The notes under the pieces: generated by a model | Seen by the model: the letters and a program-made list of their open reading frames with translations, nothing else | What the model was told of the DNA's origin: nothing | Databases searched by the model: none | Source of the DNA: Macrostomum lignano | Taxonomy: Eukaryota | Reading direction: 5' to 3' | Assembly (NCBI GenBank): GCA_002269645.1 | Contig: NIVC01001922.1 | Location: 1 to 64,000, forward strand | DNA length: 64,000 nucleotides | Translations under genes and position numbers: made by a program | Shown here: one piece after another, positions 56,986-64,000 of the stretch | How positions within the stretch are numbered: the stretch's first letter is position 1 | Layout: each line of letters starts with the position of its first letter

Positions 56986-59839
56986 TCTATGCGCCAGTGA
57001 CCAATTTCTCTTGGACTGTTCTGAAATAAAAGATACGAGAAAACTGATTGGGTAGCTTCATCGGGGTGCTTCACTATTAGAGTTCACTTTAGATTGCATC
57101 AAGCAATTCAAAAATCACTCGTACACTAAATTCTCCGGGACCCCGTGAGAAATAGTAAAAATGGACAAAATAGAAAAATCTAAGTTAACCAAAGAACATC
57201 AAACTCCACATTGCCATGTCACGTATGCATGCTCTGACTCCCTGTTCCCAGGACTAGCGCATGGTCCTCTCTGCGCCATTCTTTACTTCAGTCATTCCTT
57301 CCAAGAGTAAAACCAAGCAGATTTCTGTTGTCTATGGCCAATTTCTTTGGCTTGTCCGTCTCCGCCACGCTGCCACGTCTGACTGCTGACGGACGCGCAC
57401 CAATTTGAATGAAGAAAAAAGGCGTCTATCCTTGACAGCAACAAAGTCGCTGGCCACCCTTTGCCCCAGTGAGCAGTGTCTTTCGACCAGCGTTTATCAC
57501 CTGGCCAACCATTTTGATAAATTAAATGAAAAAACAATGAAAACCGGGCGGAAGCTTCAATCCATCAAATCTTCGCCCTCCGCTCTTCCCAATCCCTCCT
57601 CACCCGCTCCCAACTCTGCGTCGCGTGGCGCAAGTTGCGTCACTCAAAAGTCAACACTGAGCTGTATTTCACTGCGCACTTTCAAAGGTGGCGACTTTTT
57701 AATGCTGTTGAGTATATATGGTGCAAAACTACATGTATAACAGTTGTAGCGACTGGGTGCTGTACACTTGTGGGTGCCACGTGGCTGTATCTTTTGCATT
57801 GTTTAGTGCAATAAAGTCATGTACGTGTATGCAACTTGCCATCTTTTTATGCAGTTGTTGCGCGAATTTTTGACAAACAAAAACAATAGTTCATTTTTGA
57901 AGTATTTCTTGTTTATTTGTTTTTTAATCTCAGCGCCAAAAAACTTTCATGTTAGCTTTAAACTGTTATAACAAAGGTTCAATTTGATTGAATTGTTCTG
58001 AGCTGTTCAATAACAATAGGAGGCACCAAATACAGTGCGAGTGCACTTGTGTTGGCCATTGCAGCAACTCTTGTACCCGAACCAATCTTGGCCGCAACTT
58101 CCACCACGTTGAGCACATCTCATTCTAAAAATTAAATGAACAGTTTCCCATCAGTCTGCGAGACTATAAGGGGAAAATATATCATTCAATAGAATAATAG
58201 AATGTCAGAAATTTAGTTCAACACTAAAATAAAACAACCATTTATTTTATTCATTAATTCGGGTCCTTTTCAATTTCATACATGTAAAAGCAATCAGAAC
58301 AACTTAAGGTTTGTCTCTTCTCAGCAACTCTCTCTATCCTCTACTATCTCTCCTCTCTCCTCTACCCTCCCTCCTCTCCTTTCTCCTCTTTTCTCTCGTC
58401 TCTCATCTATTTTCTCTCGCCTCTTCTCTATACTCTCTTCTCCCTCCTGGACTGCATGCAGTTATGACAGATAAAATTCGTTTGCCGATCCCATTGCGCA
58501 TTAACTAGAAAAGCATGGACATAATAAAAATATGATTTTTCTCACCTTATGCTTGACCAGGCTCGCAAAAAAGGCAGTCGCGATGACTTGAGTTCGACTG
58601 GGTTAAACGTCGATGGCCGATCAGCCGAGGCAGAAAGCAGTTGGATGGCCAACAGGCACGTGGCCATACCCAGAATGCAACGGAGATGCATTGCAAAATT
58701 TGAGCCGAAATTCGAGGTTTTGTCAATTTAAAAATCAAGTGATAACTTTTTACAGGAGAATCTAGGGTCGATTCCAAGGCAATTCGATTTGCACGCCAGA
58801 TAGAGCAGATATAACAAAATCAACTCCGTCAGATAAGCATAGTCTATGGTTCAATGCGAGTTTCAGAAACGTTGAGCAGCCCAACTTGTCTCAATGAACT
58901 TTTAGTTGTACAGTTAGACTGACAGACGTACAGAGACGCAAGAAAGATTGTGAGTCAGGCCATAGACTATGAACCATAGACTAAGACTATGCGATTTAAT
59001 TCTTCTGGATGAGTTAATTTTCTAGCTACTTGTTAAATGTTGGCAGGGACTCTTTTGTATGGCGCAACTTTTCATTTTAGAAGAATCATCATCCCGGCCC
59101 GTTCATTGAAAATTTTATTTCAAGCGAGCTTTCACCTCGTAAAATTCTATAACTCATTAAAATTAAAACGAGTACAAAAACTACTCGCCATCAGGCAGAC
59201 TACAGACAACCAGATTTTTGCTCGATCTGGCTATTATTACAGACTAATTATAATTATAGTCTTTGCTACAACTAAAAGTTTGATGTCTACCTAGCTCTGC
59301 AATCTTCTGCTATTAATTCGAATAGGCATTTGGAAGGCAGATGAATAAATTGCGCTGGCAACTAATTTGCTGTTCGACATGTAAAATAAAGTTCTTGATG
59401 CTATATTACTGACACTGTATATTCGAGCTTCTGAAATGAAACGGTAATTAGGCCGGATCGCCTAAAGATTGACATGAACATTTGACTATCAATGTGAACT
59501 ATTTGACTGCTGTTGCCTCACAGTAGAAGACTGTCAGTCAAATGTTGATGACCTGAACAGCGGTGTTTTTAGTACATGTGATACATCATTTACATGCGCT
59601 ATAGAAACTAAAAGCTAAAATTAAAGAGAATGAGTGAGACGCGTTGAGTAGAGGCTGCAGTAGCTTCATGACTAATCAGTAACGACTTACCTACATGTTA
59701 GCAGCAGTTACTCGACAGCTACTATGTACATGCAAGGACATGTACAATGCAGCATGCAGTCGCAGTGTAGCTAGGCTAGACCCCATCTTGAGATCTACAT
59801 GTAATATGAATGGCCTTTTTAACGCCAGGGAAGTTAGAT

Positions 59840-60024
59840 CAGTGCATGTATGGCGTACGCAAGGGGAGGGGGGGCACAGTCCGCCCCCTAATCGCCCGCC
59901 AAAAAAATTGCGCCCCACAAAAACTGCGCCCCCCCCCCAGAATGGCGCCCCCCACAAGACACTCAATATTGGCGCCCCTAAGGATTGCCCCCCCCCCGAT
60001 ACAAAAATCCTGCGTACGCCACTG
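59840..60024. mobile_element. 185-bp hAT-type MITE with 8-bp TSD AGTTAGAT
   Basis: TSD at 59832-59839 and 60025-60032. The right end is the inverse of CAGTGGCGTACGCAGG; the left end is CAGTG[CATGTAT]GGCGTACGCAAGG. Confidence 0.85.
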
Positions 60025-62187
60025 AGTTAGATTAGCTGCAGTCGTGCGCAATATTGGGTTCAAGATGAGAACAATAGTCCATAAGCTGCAATGCAAGGTA
60101 ATTCGATTTGCACACCAGATAGAGCAGATATAACAAAATCAACTCCGTCAGATAAGCATATAGTCTGCATAAAAAAAAGAGGCATTATACTATAGTGCAA
60201 GGATTTGATGCGTCAATAGGTGTAAAATAGTCAATTAAAATCAATTCCTGACTGCATCATTCCATCGCCATAGAACCTGTTTAGTGTTAGTGTAGGGGAA
60301 TTCAGGAACTACTGAGGTATATGGCGTTATGTACGCTCGTATACATGTACATCTGGGGTCAAATTTTAAAGTTCAATTTTTCATTAGAGATTTCAACCGA
60401 TAGACAAACAATTTTCATTATAGGCCCTCTGATTTATAACAGAAAATGTAGTTTTAAGACTCCAGCTCTTATCCCCCAAAATCCAGCTCAATTTCCCGTC
60501 TCAATTACTCTGATCGTGACACTTCGCCTTTGTTAATATTTTTCTTTGATTATTCCGGTTTTCAATTCCACTGTTTGATTTGAATGCAATAAAATAGGGT
60601 TAGGCCCTAAAATTTTGTGCTTGAGATCGTATGTATGGACCTTCTTTTCTTTTCTCTTTCTGCGAAATGAAATTCTGCGATTGCTAATTGAATTAGGCCA
60701 TCTCAATTTTTCATTTTTGTGTTACGCCTACATGCTCTACAGACAGGCTGTAATGGCTACATGTGATAAATATTTATATTTTATGTATCATTACTTATAT
60801 ATATAGGCCTATATATGTCCACGAATCCCATGAGCCATGATGTACTAGGCCTATGGCTATGCCCTATGCCTATGCATATACCGTTTTTCTTTGATGTAGC
60901 AGTTAATTTAGATAAAGTCTACAATGCAGATCAGCAGCCAATTTCATAGGCCTACTAGTTTATAGCCTAAATTAGTTTAGCCTATAACTTTAATTGGCTC
61001 AGGTTGTGCTTTGCAAAGGCCAGTCAAGACCCTATGCGCCTATTGATTGGTAGCCTAGGCTAAGCCCTAATGAGGTAGGCAGTGGGAGGGTGTAGAATTA
61101 GGAAGGCAAAGAAAGCCAGATGGCTTTAGGCCCTGCAAGCAAAAGAGGGACAAAAGGTGAAATGAAGTGAGGAAAGTGGCTGCTGACTGCAAAGTATAGG
61201 CCTATATTTATAAATAAGGTAGGGGCCTAAGCAAGATAACAATTGATAACAAACTTAATCTAAGAACCAGACAAACCCTCCCAGGTGCAATTCACAAATA
61301 AATCATTAAAATATTATGCTAGAATACTATAAAGCTAATTGGTATATATACAAGATAGGAGCTTCTATTCTAGACTTCTTCAAGTTTATGTTTATAAATT
61401 AGTTGCAATTTGATAGGAGCATAATTTTGCCTCTATAGGCCTAGGGGTTTTGATGGTGCTGATTTCATAGCACCTGAAATCTGAGCTTCATTTATGATCT
61501 GATTTGAGCTTCATTTATAATAGTTTCAAACCATATGTAGGTGCTTCAAACCTAGGATGGAATTCTTGTATTTCTAAAGTCAAACATAATTATGCAATTT
61601 TTTTTATGGCATGCAAAATATTTTTGATTGGTCGCATTTTTTATTTTGGTACTTAGGCCTAGTACGTTGCAAAATGGTAAATGTATGTTCATCTAAAAAA
61701 GTAATCAATAAGACAATAATGAAAAATGCATTCTAAGAAAATATAGTAATTTGAATTTTTGTCCAAATACGTATGTTAGAGAATGTTACGAGTTTCTACT
61801 TTTTATAGAATTTTTTCGAATTATTACTTTTGTGCCTTATTTAGTTTTTACTTTTTATTCTTTTTTTCTTCGTGATCTTAGCTAGTAGGATTATCTTTTG
61901 CAAAATGCAATATCTCAAGTGCACTTTTGCATATATTAAGAATTAGCAATTTTGTCTGAAATTCTGCGACATATTTTTTCCGGATTTTTTTATGCAAAAT
62001 TGCATTTTTTTGCGCAATCGCATAACGCGTTGTGATTTTTCTGCAAGAATTCCATCCAGGCTTCAAACCAACTACTGGGAGTTGGGACATAGGGAATGGG
62101 AGGTTTTAGGTAGGGAGATTCTTCATGGGGATTGATTTTATCAACATAAACTTGAATAGAGGCATGGAGACCTATTCAAGATAGTAT

Positions 62188-62766
62188 CTGGGGCTTTTTT
62201 TCGCCAGAGACAAGGTGCAAAATCGCACCTTGTGCCAAATTTCAAGGTGCGATTTTAAGGCTCAGAGTGCAATTTCTCTTGAGTCTTGTTTCAGACAAAT
62301 GGGAATGTATAGACATGTCTTATGTCTATCCTGATTGCAGCGCATGGGCATTTTGGCGGACGGCGTCCGGCGCGGATCTAATACGGCGCGGCGCGGCGCG
62401 TACGGCGCGCGGCGATTAGTACGGCGCGGCGCGGTACTAATTAGATGCCGAGGCATTTAGGCTTGATAAGACAGTCATAGTTACTCCTGCCGTTTACCCA
62501 AAACTGCGTTAATTTTGCTTTAGGGTTTCTTTCACAGGTAAGTCATTTCACAGCGTGGCGCAGGTTGTGTAGGCGTCTGGCGTACTTAAGCCATGCGCTG
62601 CAATAGGGATGTCTATACATCTTTGTATAAAGAATGCCTTGACTTCTTGTCTGTTATCTCGCCTTTAAAGAAAAATGGTTATAAGACCGCACCTACTTTT
62701 TTAATTTTAGGATGCAATTTTAAAATTTAGGGTGCATATGCACACTCTGCGCACAAAAAAACCTAG
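62188..62766. mobile_element. Probable hAT-type non-autonomous element inserted into a ~170-bp dispersed/tandem repeat
   Basis: 8-bp TSD GATAGTAT (62180-87) / GATGGTAT (62767-74), imperfect TIRs (CTGGGGCTTTTTTT versus the inverse of AAAAAAACCTAG), and the host repeat resumes after the element. Confidence 0.6.
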
Positions 62767-64000
62767 GATGGTATTGATAAATTCTAGACTCAGTGGAAAG
62801 GTAGACCTAACCAAAATGTCAATGACCAAACACTGGGGCATGAGTAATAGGATGGGGGTTTTTAAGATAAAGGATTCTATATAGGGGTTGATTTTATCAA
62901 CATAAACTTTAATAGAGGCATAGAGACCTATTCAAAATGGTGTTGATAAATTCTAAACTCCAGGAAAAAGGGATTGATCTTTACAAAAAGATAAATGACC
63001 AACTATCGGGGCATGGAATAGGATAATAGGTTTTTGAGTAGGGGATTCTTCATGGAGGTTGATTTTATCAATTCAAACTTGAATATTAGACATTTGTAAT
63101 ATGATTAATTACAATACTTATATCACTAAATCATTTGGTAAGAGATATTAATATCAACCACAATGGCAAAGGTAGCAACAAATCACAATATAGAAGACAA
63201 TAATATTGTCGCACATCGTAGATATAGCAAATTTAAAATAGAGGAAACTGTGACAAGGCAATTATTTGACATTATAACAAAACTCAATACCAAATTTGAT
63301 AAAGTCATTTGTATTCACTATATATTATAGTTGGAAAATGATGAATATTACTTGTGATTTCTTAATTTTATATTCACAAAGCAAGTTAACTTTTTTGTTT
63401 TGAAAAATATTCATTTTTAAATACAAATTTCATTGAAACAATTTTTATCAAATTCTTATTGACATCATAGTCAATTAATAAACTGAGGTTGCATTACCAT
63501 AGAATGTGGTTTTTTGGGGATTTTTTTGCTTTTTTATCATTTTGGGCATCCACCAAGTGTCTGGTGAAAATTTAAAAAAAATGGAAAAATTGAAGTATTT
63601 TATCAACATAAACTTTAAAAAGTCTAAACTTCTCTATGAGATTGAGAAATAGTATGATATGCATGAAATACAAATGAAATAGTAAAATAAATTCATATTA
63701 GGCAACAAATACAAAAGTAACATAAATGCAATATTAGGTAAAGTGGCTTGCTTGGCAAGTAAAATAAAGAGAAATCAGAAAATCAACATGTGGTTTTTTT
63801 GACACATTTTGTATACAAAGGTGCATTGTCAGGTATATTGTTTGAAACGAAAGGTGTGAGTAAGCGAATTTATAAATTATTTGTCAATGAAACATATATA
63901 ACTGGTAAGTAAGTATTTTGTATGTACAAAATAGTAAGAGGTTGATAGTCTGTAGGGTAGGGCAAAGACCAATAGGCAGAAAACAAAATATAATTGAATG

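Overview
Eukaryotic, invertebrate DNA, most likely a free-living flatworm such as Macrostomum. This is inferred from the flatworm-type paramyosin, TTAGGG repeats, very GC3-rich exons and minisatellite-filled introns. Six spliced protein-coding genes were reconstructed by hand. (1) The 3' part of a shugoshin (+, frame-disrupted). (2) MKK4/SEK-1 MAP kinase kinase (+, one certain and one probable 1-nt homopolymer frameshift). (3) An ATRX-type ADD-domain protein with no SNF2 helicase (+, ~855 aa). (4) Paramyosin (-, 9 exons, 874 aa). (5) TRIM37 (-, 7 exons, ~610 aa). (6) Invertebrate contactin (+, 10 exons, 1345 aa; CTLD-6Ig-4FN3-GPI). Mobile DNA comprises a near-intact DD37E Tc1 element with one nonsense codon, two copies of a tRNA-derived SINE, several MITEs with visible TSDs, and a nested insertion stack. 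About 30 distinct mini/microsatellites are present, and most downstream introns carry their own array. The most unusual pattern is that many arrays are built, on the host gene's sense strand, from RNA-processing signals: AG|GT junctions, TACTAAC, pyrimidine-CAG acceptors and AATAAA. Exon coordinates were read manually; repeat boundaries are approximate.
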